The translations under genes and the position numbers were made by a program. From Hormiphora californensis (Eukaryota; Animalia; Ctenophora), in assembly GCA_020137815.1 (NCBI GenBank), contig CM035354.1, positions 2,976,001 to 3,040,000 on the forward strand: a stretch of DNA of 64,000 nucleotides. Reading direction: 5' to 3'. The notes under the pieces were generated by a model. That model was given only the letters and a program-made list of their open reading frames with translations. It ran no database searches and had not been told where the DNA came from. Positions 23,746-42,451 of this stretch are shown piece by piece (position 1 is the first letter of the stretch; each line of letters opens with the position of its first letter).

Positions 23746-24720
23746 TTTATTATTATTATTAAATCTGTTTACAATAATTTGACACTGTCAATATTGTCCT
23801 CCTATTTGCGAGGAAAATGGAACTCTCTAGGTCTCTTTCACACTCTCTCAGCTGTCAGATCATACAAACAAAATATAAAATGTTGATTAAAATACTGATT
23901 AGATAATGATTGTGATTAAAATATATTGTAAATTGATTAAATAAGTTAGTTAAAAATTCACTCCATGGAGTGCGATTCGTACACAGTATGTACGTCTCGT
24001 GTTGGTCAGTTATACATTTACAATTGATTAAAATATAAACCCATTACACAAGCAGTTCATCTCCAAATAAAGATTGTTCTATCACAGCTCTAACTAGCTT
24101 TCTAAAGTTCGATTTTACCTGCTTGTCTTTGGAGAAAATTAGTGGAAGATGGAAGTTCATTTCATAAGAAGATATCACCCTTAGTTCCTCACGGGGCCCT
24201 TCCACATCTTTTATCGCAGAACATTCAAACAACTTATGGAATGTTGAATCTGGGAGTTGGCCACATTCAAGACAATTGGGAACTGTAAGTGATCGCTCGT
24301 ATCTCAGGTAACTGAAGCTGAAGTCTTGAAAACGTAAGGATCTGCCATGTACAAAGTCTAAGACCTGAGATGAGTTCTGTCGGGACATGTTTCTTGGAAC
24401 TATGGGGAAATCCAAAACGGCCTCAGAGTTGATAAGGTTGGCGAGTTCTTCTTGAGAGTGGATAGGAAGTATGCTGAAAGGGTCATCTCGAGTCAAATGT
24501 TTAATCGATGATTTGAGTGACCGGTCCCATAAACTACATGTGTACTGTCTCATTTCCTCTTTTGAGTATAGGAAAGTGTCCGGCTCTAAACTTCCCAAGT
24601 TAATAGTTCTGATTGAATCTCTGTTAGAATCCTGGATCTGGACACCGTCTAGTTGATTCGACTTCCAAACCAAATATCTTTTGGTAGCAGCAATCTGCCA
24701 GAAGAACACATGATTTTGTT
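23746..24720 (-). mobile_element. 3' fragment of a non-LTR retrotransposon
   Basis: 221-aa ORF with C-terminal CLECGQLPDSTFHKLFEC (CCHC zinc motif typical of LINE ORF2 ends), then an AT-rich UTR and an (AAT)n tail at ~23746-23760. Confidence 0.6.
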
Positions 24721-26202
24721 CCGAGTAAACTAAACGGTATCTGATAGAGAATCGATGGCCCTAACCGATAACCCTTTGATTCACTAAAATGGCTCTAACC
24801 GCCAAACCACTTAACCGTTTTTGTATGTAAAATTGGTTAAAATCAATGGCTTAATCCCAACTTAAACCCCAGCCAACTCTAACCCTACTATTGCTAAAAA
24901 CAAACTTGTAATCTCAAGAACGATGCCTAGGAACGACCCATTTGACACTACCGCCAAAGCACCTTTTGGCTAATTCAAAGTGTATCTGGTAGAAAATGTC
25001 AAGGCCTAACCCCAACCAAAACCGCAGCCCTAACCCTAACCCTACTTTTGCCCTAACCCTAAAAAACCGTTTGTCAGCTGCACTCACGAAAGACCCAGAT
25101 TTTTGGCATACGTTGCAGGCCCCTTATAATATAATATTGCGGGGGTGCGCGCATGAGGGGGCTGCAGCGCATTCCAACCCAGATTTTTAACGCTGGCCCT
25201 CCCCACCAACGCCGTTACGATCTCGGTGTTTGGACTTTGGTGGCCCGCGCTGACCAGCTCAGTCGTCCCTTCCGCCGCCAAAGCAAGTTAAAAATGTAAC
25301 GCGCGAAAGCAAATATTTAAAGCGATGCCAAAAATGAGACTTATTTTATGCCGCGTACCAAAAATCAAGCTTTCAACTCAAGAAATTTTTGTGAACTTGT
25401 CATTTTTTTTCAAAATCAAAATTTCTGCTTTAAAAGCACTGCCTTATCCCGCTGCCTTATCCCGCGGGGGCCAGCAACGTTTGCCAAATTTTCTGCTATT
25501 CCTGTTAAGTCGGATTTTTTGAAGTTGTCACCCCCCCCTTTTGTCGCGCGGCGTCGTATTTGTGCGTGACAGCGGACAGCCCCCATTTGCTCTCATTTTT
25601 CAGCAAAAAACCGCATATCATCTGAAAGATCATAATTTTGTGAGTCCGCAAAGTTTTTGTTTGACGAAATTGGTCAAGAAACAAGGGCGTGAGAGCCAAA
25701 TTAAGTTTCCGGCGCACAAATAAAACATCGCGCGCCACCGGTGACAACTTCAAAAAATCCGACTTCACCTCCAACGGTACTGGTGGCACTAAACAAAGCC
25801 CAATTTTGCCCCATTATTCGTTGAATCCCGGAAAATCAAGAAATCTTTGAAACGGGTGGCATTTTTCGGTCAGGGACGATTCTGAGCGGCTCTGATTTGG
25901 CTAGGTTGCGTTTAACGTTACTGGTTACAGGAAGATTGGGTGGAGAAGTACCGGCTACATGCTGTTCTATACTACCTAAAACAAGCTCATCCAATTCTTT
26001 TTTTGTACACTCTCACTTTAAACAAATTTTAATTTGAAATTTGAAATTATCTGTTGAATTAATGCACGCCAATTTCTGGGTCACCTTTCAATTCAGTTGC
26101 CAACCCTTTAGCACAAAAAATTTAAGTCTCACATTCCAAACTTCATTTATCACTGGGCCAGGTAAACTGTTCTGTGTAGCTCATAACGCAAATATTCTAG
26201 TC

Positions 26203-27275
26203 ATGTCAGTGGGCGTGACAAATCTTCCATGGGTGGAAAAGTACCGACCACAGACTCTAGATGATCTGATCTCCCAAAAAGAAATAGTAAGTTTTCCTTT
26301 TCGACAATTTATTTATCTGATATTTAATGACTGTACCTAGTTACCTAACACCTATCCATACAGGTCACTACTATCCAGAGGTTCATAAAAGAGGACCGGT
26401 TACCTCATCTCATGTTTTACGGTCCCCCTGGAGTTGGCAAGACGAGCACCATCCTAGCTGTCGCTAAACAACTCTTTACCCCCGGACAGTTTAGTTCACA
26501 GGTCCTGGAACTGAACGCTTCAGACGATCGTGGAATTGGCATGGTCCGAGAATCAGTCCTATCCTTCGCCAGTACAAGGTCAATCTTTAGCTCTGGATTC
26601 AAATTGGTTATCTTGGACGAGGCGGATGCAATGACGAAAGATGCCCAAAATGCGCTGAGACGGATCATTGAAAAGTTCACGGAAAACACTCGGTTCTGTC
26701 TAATTTGTAACTACCTCAACAAGATAATCCCGGCCCTACAGAGCAGGTGCACCAAGTTCCGATTTGCACCTCTAAACATGGACCTAATTAAGCCGAGGTT
26801 AGATCACGTGATCAGGGAGGAGAATTTGGATGTAACTGAAGATGGGATGAAGGCAATAACACAGCTGAGTGGTGGTGATATGAGGCGGGCACTAAACATT
26901 ATGCAGAGCACATCCATGGCGTTTGATAGCATCTCTGAGGAGAACCTGTATACGTGCACAGGTCACCCCCTGAAATCTGATATCAGGAACATCATACAGT
27001 ATATGATGCAAGAGGATTTCAACTCAGCCTACTCAAAGATTGCCCAACTAAAACAAGTTAAAGGCCTTGCTCTCCAGGACATGCTGACTGAGATTCACGT
27101 GTTTGTACAGCGGATTGAGTTTCCAAGTAAAACTAAAATTCAGATTCTCACCAAGCTGGCTGATATTGAGTACAGGTTAGCCTTTGGAAGTTCTGAGAAA
27201 CTCCAAATGGGGGCTATGGTTGCGGCTTTTGTAAGCGCTAAGGATCCTCTTGTCAAAATGGCTCTTGATGTTTGA
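26203..27275 (+). CDS. RFC5: Replication factor C subunit 5 (clamp loader small subunit), 2 exons
   Basis: Exons 26203-26286 and 26364-27275; NLPWVEKYRP, Walker A GPPGVGKT, ELNASDDRGI, LDEADAMTKDAQNALRR, ALQSRC. Confidence 0.95.
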
Positions 27276-27442
27276 GGGGTGAAATGTGTGCGTGTTTGAA
27301 CAATATAATATTACTTTCATGATAATTTATTTTATAGAATTTTAAGAACATTGTTGTTTGAAATTGGAATATGCCCCCTCCCCCCCCCCCCCGGCCCCCA
27401 ATGGTAGAATCACTTATTTTAATGTGTATCCCAGTAGGCAGC

Positions 27443-30400
27443 ATGTCGGGTGAGAGAGTTGTGATAGACGTGGAATCTGATAATGAAGAACCAAAGGCAA
27501 AGAAACCCAAGCAACTAGGTAAGTTTTCTAATTAACAAACTGGGCACTCCTTTTTATTTACAGATTGTCGTTATTCTTTTGCTTATTGTGTACTTTGAAT
27601 TGTTGTTACAAAACTGATATCCTATCTCTTTCAGAGCGGTCTCCCCTGGTAACAGTGAACGGAGAGAAAAAGAAACAGCTAAAGTTGTTTGATCTTGTTA
27701 AAGCAAAACCAAGCAAACCCAAACTGCCGACCTCTGCATCGTCCTCTCCAAAGGAAAACAAAGATCCGGGTGATGTGAAGGAGCAGCGGTCAGGAGTCAA
27801 GAATTCAGAGGATAAGATAAGAAGTTCAGAGGAGAAAGATAAAGAGGAGGAGCAGCAGAGAGGTGTTAAAAGGAAGAACACCTGTTCTGATGACATGGAA
27901 GTTATGGATGTCACGGAGGAGGGGACCCCTAAAAAGAGGGCTTCCCTTGAAATGTTCATCCGTCGCAAACCGGTCGTCCAGGAACTTAATAAGATACAGG
28001 AAGAGGACAAAGAAGTAGATCCCGTGACCCCTACTGCAGTTACTAAGGCGAAGGGGTCCGTTACTAAGGCGAAAGAACCCGTTACCCCTACTGTTGCTAA
28101 GGCGAAAGAACCTGTTACCCCAAAATCAGCCTCTTCTAAAAAGTCTAACACCCCGAAAATACCCGCACGGGAGGAAGGAGTGACACCAAAAAGTACGCCA
28201 AAACAACTGCCAGGAACTCAACCCCCCACAACACCCAAAACTCCTAAACAGTGTTCCCCTATGGAGAGTAATACCCCAGTTGGTGGTGACGGCGGTTCCC
28301 CAAACACCGCAGGAAACACCACCCCTGTTAGCTCTAAAAAGGTAATATTGCATCTTGTATCTTGCCCAGCAAACCACTTTTGCGATAACGCGAAGCCAGA
28401 TAGTTAAATACCTGTTTTATTTTCACTTCTTAACATTTCATGTTTTTCTTTTCTCCTAGGCTCCGAGGCCGCTCTCCGCGAAACAGAAGAAGATCCAAGA
28501 AGAACGGGAAAAGAAGAAACGGGAACTGGCGGAGGAAAAGGAGAAGAAACGGCTGCAGCGGGAAAAGGAGAAAGAGGCTCGGGAAGAAGCTAAGAAGGCT
28601 GAACTGGAGAAAAAAGAGGCAGAGAGAGCTGCAAGAGAGAAAGCAAAAGAAGATGCTCGATTGAAGAAAGAAGAAGAAAAGCGTCAGAAGGATGAGGAAC
28701 GGAGACAGAGGGAGGAAGAGAAGGAGAAAAAGCAGCAGTACGTAACGCGCAATCTCAGATTTACTGAGTACTTGGCGCGCGACTGGGGAATCTTGGCGCG
28801 AAACACAGCATCACACACACAAACTCACCTCCAGTTCCCCAAGCCAAGCTCAAACCAATATTGAAGCCTTTTGGTTTTTGCGTGCCCATCAGGAAATAAA
28901 AACAGTTCCCTACAGTGAAATAGACGAAGAGAAGAGACAACGTGAGGAAGAGGCAGAAAAGAAGAAACAAAAAAAGCTGAAAGAGCAGGAAAAGTTCAAG
29001 AACTTCTTCAAAGTCAAAGCGAAACCTGTGGTACCTGTGAGCAAGGTAAGGAATTTAATTTCATTTTCATTAAGTTTATCCTCCCATTTTCTACTTTAGG
29101 CCAGTCGCTTTTTGCTAAAATGGTGAACTGAGACATAACAAAGGTTTTCCACTTGCATTGTACTCCTATGGGGTCTCAGAAACACCAAAAAAATTTTCCA
29201 CTCCAACCGAGGTGAAGAAAGTGCCCAAAATGGCCACGCCCTTTTGCCTGTATTTTTAGCCTTGGCCAAAAATAGCAACTTTGCTTTGGATTGGAGTAGA
29301 GACAACAAGAATAATTGCGGTATAATGCCATACCGCCTGATTTCCCCGCCATGGCGCACCAACCATGTGATCTGGCATGTGCCAGTTGCCACACCTGCTT
29401 CTAATTGGGTACTGATACGTGAGCCGGTATAGCTGATGGGTTGCCTGAGCTATGTGATATCCTAGTAATAATAAGTCGCAGTTCCGATCACAAATGCAGA
29501 ACAATGTTCATTGCACAATGACGTAGGGCGCGATGACAAATCTATGAACAATTGTAATTGCAAGTGCAACATAAAGGCGCCGCGCACGTGCGCGCAAACT
29601 TCCTGTTGTGTTCAGTCAGTAAGTGACAGCATTCCGCACTGGATAGTTGCCAACAGCAACTCAGGAGGTTACGTTACAGGAATTTAGCGTGACACTTCAC
29701 TAGTATGTAAAATAAAATTGTCGAATTCTAAACCCCTATGCCTTTTTACAAAAGGCATCCGGGTGAATGCCTTCGGCATTCACCGGGCGGGGAAAATGAG
29801 GGCACTAAAATGTGTAGAATGAGCAGCAGAATCGATTGGGACCAAGCAGAAGTCTCTATCTTGTCAGCTTCGAGAGATAATTGGATAATTAAGTATGCGC
29901 ATAACCGTTTTTGAGCCATATGGCTATAGCCACTCGGGAGCGGTTTTAACAATTTTGCTTCACAGGAGCTTGTTCGGCATATAAAAATTAGTGGGAGTAA
30001 CAAATATGAAGTTTCTATCGAATAAGGTCAATGCGTTATTCAACTTAAAAGATCAAAAAATGAGTGGAAAATGAGGGAAAATGACCAAATTTCGACTTTT
30101 CCCCCTCATTTTTCGAACTTTGAAGTTGAATAACGCATTGACCTTATGCGATAGAAACTTCATATTTGTTACCCCCACTAATTTTTGTATGCTGAACAAG
30201 CTCCTGTGAAGGTAAATTGTCGAAACCGCTCCTGAGTGGCTATAGCCATATGGCTCAAAAACGGTTATGCGCATACTTAATTATCCAATTATCTCTCGAA
30301 GCTGACAAGATAGAGACTTCTGCTTGGTCCCAATCGATTCTGCTGCTCATTCTACACATTTTAGTGCCCTCATTTTTGTCTCTACTCCAATCCAAAGCAA

Positions 30401-33400
30401 AGTTGCTTTTTTTGGCCAAAGCTGAAAATACAGGCAATTAAGGGCGTGGCCATTTTGGGCACTTTCTTCACCTCGGTTGGAGTGGAAAATTTTTTTGGTG
30501 TTTATGGGACCCCATAGGAGTACAATGCAAGTGGAAAACCTTTGTTATGTCTCAGTTCACCAAATGGCCCCAAAATGACAAAAAGCGACTGGCCTACTTG
30601 TATCATGTCACTATTCATGTTGTGATCATCCCCTCTCACCTTGTGCTGTTGCACCTCCCCCGTGCATGAACAATACAACTCTCACCCACAGGAGGAGACC
30701 CTGGAAAAGAAGTTTCGTGATTTTGTAATTACCCCCAACATGGTAGTAGCCCCTATTTCTCGAACACCCATCACCACCGAGGACATCCTTCCTGCTGCCC
30801 TGAGTTGGTCAGACAATATTACCCACATTAAACGGGTGATTGGGGAGATGAAGGAGAAGGAGAGGGTCGCTACTGATGATCTGGCTGATGACTTGGAAGT
30901 GATCTCTCTGTCTCCTAAACTGGTAGGTCAATTTAAACAAGTTTGGGTCGCCTGACACTGTCCGCGCTCAGCAAAAAATGTATGAACAAAGCAAAATAAA
31001 GTATGAAAGATTAGATGGTGTTGTAGTGTTTCAACGTGTTTCATCTCTCAGAAACACTTGTTCAGACAACTGTCTCTCCCGGCCCTCTCCCGTAACCAAT
31101 TTTAACCTAAAAATACACTAATCCCCAGGTAAAGGTAAAACGAAAGATCCTAAGTTACCATGACAACTATCGCCCTGCCTACACTGGTAGCTGGAGAAAG
31201 ACCTCAGCTGTTATTGGACCCCGTCGACCCTTTGCCCTGGACAAAACGGTCTTTGACTACGACTACGATAGTGCAGAGGATTGGGAGGAAGAGGAGGAGG
31301 TGGAGGGAGAGGATATAACCAGTGAGAAGGAGGATGATAAAGAAGATAATAACGAGGAAGAGGATAGCGATGATGGTAAGAATCTGTGGCCAGAGTTTTA
31401 ATAGCCAGAGTTGTAGTAGCCAGAGATGTGGGTAATCGAAGAGTTTCACCTAGGGCCCCATGTTCGACCCTCTCCCCCTCCCTCGAAGGTGGAGTGTTAT
31501 AAAGGAGGGTTAGAGCATATAACAGTTACCTCACCTGTTAGAGATTAATTTCTACAATTATATAGCAACTCGAGTAATTAATCCACTAACATCTCCACTA
31601 ACATCTCCAGATGGGTTCTTTGTGCCCCATGGCTACCTCTCCGATGATGAAGGGGATGAGGACTGTGAGGAATTGAGTGAGGAAGCGAAGAAGAAGAAGA
31701 TAGAGAGGAGAAAGCAGCAGGTAATATACCACACAATCTTTAAATCGTTCCAACGGACCCGTCGTTAAACAAAACTAAATCCAGATTTTCAAACGAATAA
31801 ACTGTTGCATAACATCTGCTCATTTCCTACTTCAAAACTCGATTCTCCCCCCTCTAGTTTGACGAGGAGCAGAAGAGCAAAGAAAAGGGTGTCCTAAAGG
31901 CCCAGATAGTTGGCCCTGTTTGGGACACCCCAGATCGTTTGTTGGAACAGTTCCAGGTGGTATGGTACGTTCCTGAGGAGACTATTGTTGATCCGTTCGA
32001 GAGGTCCCAACCTGTAGCACACATGGATGTAGGCGAGAGTGGGACAAGCAGCGGGGGTGGTGGGTCTAAAACTGCCCTACCTGTTGAGGGTAAGTAATAA
32101 AGAAGATCTTGCCCTAAAAGTTAGGGATTAGTTTTAGCCCAATTGCAATTGGACTTCACAACCATTTTCACAACAATCCTGCTCATCTCATGAGTTCTGA
32201 GAATTCTGTGTCACCATGAATTCTTTGGACCCAAATTTTAACGAAACTTTCACTATAACTAACAGTCCCCATTTTCCCAGGTTATGGCATGCTGATTAAG
32301 TTCCTACATGGTAGTCCAATTGGCATGTCCAGAGCAGTGGAGGGGTTCCAGGGGATGTGGCATGCGGACCCCAGTCGAGGGAGGGTCAGCAAGAATCAGC
32401 TTACAAAACTAATCCCTACACTTCTGAAGAAATGCATGAGACCTGGAAACTTCATGAAGGTAAAGTTCACTCTCTAAATAAACCCTCATACAGTTTACCA
32501 ACTCCTTCTCCACCATCCTCTGTTACCCGTTATTTGTCCCCTCCCTCCTCACCCTCCTAGCTCCCTCTGTCGCCCTTTTTCTCCATGGCCTTCCCTCTTC
32601 ATCTCCCTCTCCAGCATCCTCCCAGCTCCCTCACCCCTTTCTCCTCAGCTGTGCTGGTATGCGAGTGACGAGCTACTAGATAAACACGGTCTCCCGGAGC
32701 TGAAGGGTCTCCATTGTGAGGCAGTCCCGGTAGTGACCAGTGCAGTTCCAGATCCGGCTACTACCATGGCAACACCAAACTCTCTACTGAAATTCACCAA
32801 GGCAACAACTGCCCAGCAGGATTTACGTAAGTTTTTGAAAATTAAATAGTCCCTAACAAGGATTTACCGGGGGTGATGTTCCCCATGTCCCCACAGCTCG
32901 TGGATTACTCTCCCTCGCGTGCGATTAGTGGGTCAAGACCATAGTTGTATCGTTTTTATAAATTATCCTCCCCCATCTCTCAGAACTACTGAAGGTGAAG
33001 CTAGAGCAAGAGGAAAAGGTGCGTGAAAAGCGTATGCAGGAGTTGGCAGTGGAGAAGGCTAAACAACAACTGGCTTTGCAAGCAGCCCTAAAGGCAGCAA
33101 TTGCCAAACAGCAACAGCAACAACCCCCTCCTCCCATGGCCGTGGTTACCAATAATCCTGTTACCATGGCAACCAAACCACCCGTTACCATGGCTACCAA
33201 ACCACCACAAAACAACATCAAGAAGTTCCTCTCTCCAAAACTTGTGTCTGGCATTGCTTCCATCGCCAATATGCCCTCCCCTCAACTGGGCAAACCACGA
33301 CGTGTCAACTTGCTCTCCGTGGTGGCAGACAACCAAACTACTGCCCCAACACCTGTGACCCCCTCTTCTACTGTTAAATCTGGTGTTACTCCAGTTAGTG

Positions 33401-33890
33401 GAAGCCCTAGACGAGTCAACTTGCTGCCTGTGAGCGGAGAGAACCAAACCACTGCACCTAAATCTGGAATCAAGCCAATTAGTGGTAGCCCCAGACGTGT
33501 GAACCTTATTCCTGTGAATGGGGGAAGTGTAGCTGGATCTTCCCCGAAGCAAGCAACTGGAAGCCCCTCTCTTGGTTTTCCTACAAAACCTACTACTGCA
33601 ACTGTGCTATTTAAACCTGCCAATACCGTGACTACCCCTGCTGTTGCGGCTACCCCTAGTGCTGTACCTGTTGTAGCTACCCCTCCTGCCCCTGTCCAGA
33701 AACCAGGTAGTTACCAAATTGTTATTGATACTAAAAGCTGTTATTATTATATATACCACACTACGGCTTTAATTTTCACGCAAGTCCAGATAATAATCAA
33801 GGTCTTATATTTTCAGTTGCTCCAAGACGAGTTGCACTGATTGCCATCAAGCCATCTTCTACCACCATAAACCTGGACGATTCTAACTAG
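27443..33890 (+). CDS. CHAF1A: Chromatin assembly factor 1 subunit A (p150), 12 exons
   Basis: Exons 27443-27518, 27635-28341, 28460-28737, 28916-29045, 30692-30922, 31129-31375, 31611-31720, 31858-32089, 32281-32459, 32649-32826, 32984-33706, 33817-33890. KER helix, HDNYRPAYTGSW, DYDYDSAEDWEEE, DGFFVPHGYLSDDEG, winged-helix-like region (LIKFLHGS...SKNQL...WY). Confidence 0.92.
29099..30594. mobile_element. Long fold-back (TIR) element filling CHAF1A intron 4
   Basis: TA|GGCCAGTCGCTTTTTG ... CAAAAAGCGACTGGCC|TA; right arm ~30115-30594 mirrors left arm 29099-29305 plus 29793-30055. Confidence 0.88.
29306..29793 (-). mobile_element. Helentron-type non-autonomous element (HINE-like) nested in the fold-back element
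   Basis: On the minus strand: 5' TTCCCCGCC plus palindrome GGTGAATGCCGAAGGCATTCACC; 3' GGCGGGGAAA plus stem-loop GCGGTATGGCATTATACCGC and end CTTGTT. Inserted in a T-run; related 5' end at ~55205-55285. Confidence 0.7.
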
Positions 33891-34662
33891 ATCCGCTGAT
33901 ACAATATACTGATGTCGAAGAGAGCGATGTTAGAGAGCTAGGTGAATGATATAACGAACTTTTATGTGTGAATTTGATAGCAGTTGTAGGGAAATTCACG
34001 ACATTTAGAAATAATGGAATTGTTTATACAGATACGCCTATCCTAGAATTTTGACCTTGATTAGAAGTTGTATTGGTTGAACACTGCTTATTCTGTCCTC
34101 AGGCCCGGCCAGAGAGGATCAGATTGTTTGTAATTAGGTGACATCGATCTAATCACCCATTTTATGTGATATTCGTACTTTTTAATGTCATGGTATTGAT
34201 TTTGTTAGGTGTGGTTCACCCCTCTTTTCACCATTATAAAACCGTGTGTTTTCTATAATTCCTCCGGTTAACAAATTGAAAATGTTCCGATTTTTAAAAG
34301 AGAAGTAAAAGAATTGCTACATTTCTACATGCTATTAACAAAATAACTGGAAAATAACTTAAAACGTCTTCGGAACATCTCCGGTCCGTTTAATGAATGA
34401 CAAATCCTGTTTTCTTGGCTCATTTTGTGGGAAATGATGTCAGGAAATGGTTGGGACAAGATTAGATCTTGTACAACAACAAGTCAGAATGATCCTGCCA
34501 GAGCATTGGCCTGACAGGAGTAATGACCTCCAGCAATGTAATTTAATCAGTGCGTGAATGTGTGATCCGTGAAAATGAAAAAAGAACGTGTTTGTCTATT
34601 GGAATCACAGCCTTTTGGCAACAAATCAGGCTCGGAAATTGTCTATCGAAACTTTTCTCTCA

Positions 34663-40928
<6,266 letters not shown>

Positions 40929-41599
40929 TCCTGAGGCTAAATTGGACAATACGTTAACTCAACAAGAGGTTCGACTCATATTTCGAACGAACTCAAAAGC
41001 ATAAAAACACTAAAAACACTGAATAGACGGATATCCTGCGTTATAAATTAACATTTTTTTTCTCAACAATTTCTGCAAACTATGTACTTTTTGGTGATAT
41101 GCGGCTTTTACCGCCTGATGAGTACAAATGACAAGGGGGTGCGGTCACGGGGAAATACAACTCCGTGCATAAAAAGGGGGCGGACAATCCGAATTTGAGT
41201 TAGCATACGCTCAAGACCTTTCGACATCCTCCACGTGGAACAATATGGTGCAGCGCTTAAGCCTTAGCGCTCTTTCAGTAAAGTAAGTAAACTTTTTGCA
41301 ACTGTGAACTGAGCATTGGCAAACGCTGCTGGCCCCGATAGGCGGGATAAGACAGCGCTTTTCAAAACTGAGCAGAAAAATTAAAATTCGAAACTTTTGA
41401 CAAAATTTGAGAAAGCTGTTGGCAAACGTTGCTGGCCCCCGGGATAAGGCAGCGCTTTTCAAAGAAAGCTGTGAAATAATAATAATAATAATAATAAAAA
41501 TGACAGTTTATATCCCGCACTGACACAGTTTGTATACAGACAACTCGTTTTCCTTAATTTGAAAGGGACTGCAGTAGACTGCCTGCTCCTAGCACGGTT

Positions 41600-41925
41600 C
41601 TCTGATAACGGTGAGTTAGTGGGGAACTATCCCACTTGGATAAGATTATTACGGATGAAGTAGCAGCCGTCAGGATCTTCTGATCGTATCCGCTTCAAAG
41701 TGGACCTTAGAGCTTTTTGCTCTTTCAGTTCAGAGGGCGTAAGATCCGGAGAGAGATAAACAGCCGAAAACTGTTTGGAGTCTTTGAGGTTTCGTGCCTT
41801 TCTGAGGAGTGCGAGGAGAGTCGCTCTCTTCTCCAGGGATACTAAGAGCGGTCTAGGGCGCTTCTCATTTCTTTCGCCGATGCGTTTCATCGTAGTCACT
41901 TTCGGTTTCTCATTTAATTCCTCAA
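41600..41925 (-). mobile_element. LINE (CR1/L2-like) ORF1 C-terminal fragment
   Basis: RIG...RPRPLLVSL...LRKARNLK...VYLSPDLTPSE...LR pattern typical of non-LTR ORF1 proteins. Confidence 0.7.
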
Positions 41926-42091
41926 ATGAGGTCCCTCGGAAATGTTCAAGTCATGCACAATCAAGTCACGCCCACCAATCACAGCTCAGAACGCGCGAAG
42001 CACTCCGCGCGAAGCACTCCGCGCGTTCTGAGCTGTGATTGGTGGGCGTGACTTGATTGTGCATGACTTGAACATTTCCGAGGGGCCTCAT
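41926..42091. mobile_element. Near-perfect ~165-bp palindrome (MITE-like)
   Basis: ~70-bp arms CCTCGGAAATGTTCAAGTCATGCACAATCAAGTCACGCCCACCAATCACAGCTCAGAACGCGCG and its reverse complement. Confidence 0.85.
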
Positions 42092-42451
42092 AAAAAATTT
42101 AAAAAAGCTGTGAAATTGAAAATCAAAATTTTTTTAGTAAAGATTAAACTGAGCTGCGTAGCGTCGCCAAATCGCGAATTGGATGGAACGCGCATGCTTT
42201 TTTTGCAAATACGCTGCGGAATTGAACTTTCTAAAGCTGCGCACTGTTTTTTATTTTCAAGAAGTAAAAATCGTTTCATTTTTTCGGGGGCAAATGATCG
42301 AACCCAATGTGAATGAGACTCATCGCGATTAACTCTTCATATGGTTACCCCCTTTCTCTCTTCGGCAGCTTCTCTTCGGCTGTTGGAAAGTGATGCCAAT
42401 CGGTGTTGGGGTTAGTGAATTTTCAAAAAAAGAAAAAAAAAAAAAAAAAAA

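Noticed and set aside
25925-25960. WVEKYR-like sequence upstream of RFC5 as an alternative first exon
   Set aside because: Match is only ~17 nt, it runs into a MITE fragment and has no usable ATG or donor; chance or a decayed relic
29176-30441. Several overlapping 60-100 aa ORFs in CHAF1A intron 4
   Set aside because: Mirror ORFs from the fold-back element; no transposase motifs
40959-40979. Upstream ATG with 6-codon uORF before the CREB3-like start
   Set aside because: Lies upstream of the acceptor AG next to the main ATG, so it is probably not in the mature mRNA; no support for a regulatory role
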